64,000 nucleotides of DNA from Octopus vulgaris (taxonomy: Eukaryota). Below the pieces are notes generated by a model, which saw only the letters and a list, made by a program, of their open reading frames with translations, was not told the origin of the DNA and did not search any database. Below are positions 63,958 to 64,000 of this stretch, in pieces (the first letter of the stretch is position 1; each line of letters begins with the position of its first letter). Where the stretch lies: positions 88,040,001 to 88,104,000 of the forward strand of contig OX597820.1 in the NCBI GenBank assembly GCA_951406725.2. Reading direction: 5' to 3'. The position numbers and the translations under genes are program-made.

Positions 63958-64000
63958 GGAGACGCGTGGCTTAGTGGTTAGGGTGTCAGCATCATGATCG
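63958..64000 (+). mobile_element. Start of a tRNA-derived SINE running off the window edge
   Basis: GGAGACGCGTGGCTTAGTGGTTAGGG A-box head. Confidence 0.65.

Overview
This is repeat-dense, AT-rich animal genomic DNA. The SINE and LINE families present look most like an octopus (coleoid cephalopod) intergenic or intronic region; the taxon is an inference, not a search result. I found no complete host gene, only one candidate isolated internal exon (18378-18534, +). Nearly all ORFs in the supplied track are artefacts of microsatellites or transposon remnants. Mobile element content: a 3.1-kb 5'-truncated R4/Dong-type retrotransposon with four more Dong-type fragments, three of them in the same (TAA)n cluster; RTE and CR1 LINE remnants; Penelope-like (GIY-YIG) remnants; a 2.7-copy 836-bp tandem array; seven Tc1/mariner remnants; hAT and foldback MITEs; a Helitron-type 3' end; and four tRNA-derived SINE families. 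Most worth checking: (1) a recurring circularly permuted hammerhead-core motif (GAAA-N23-25-CTGANGA) in four diverged repeats, including every unit of the 836-bp array; (2) a tRNA-Glu(TTC) fused to a CR1 3' end; (3) a SINE that twice inserted antisense into the same site of its own family; (4) a covarying 3' hairpin module shared by different retroelements. All family assignments come from reading motifs by eye, and boundaries of decayed elements are approximate.
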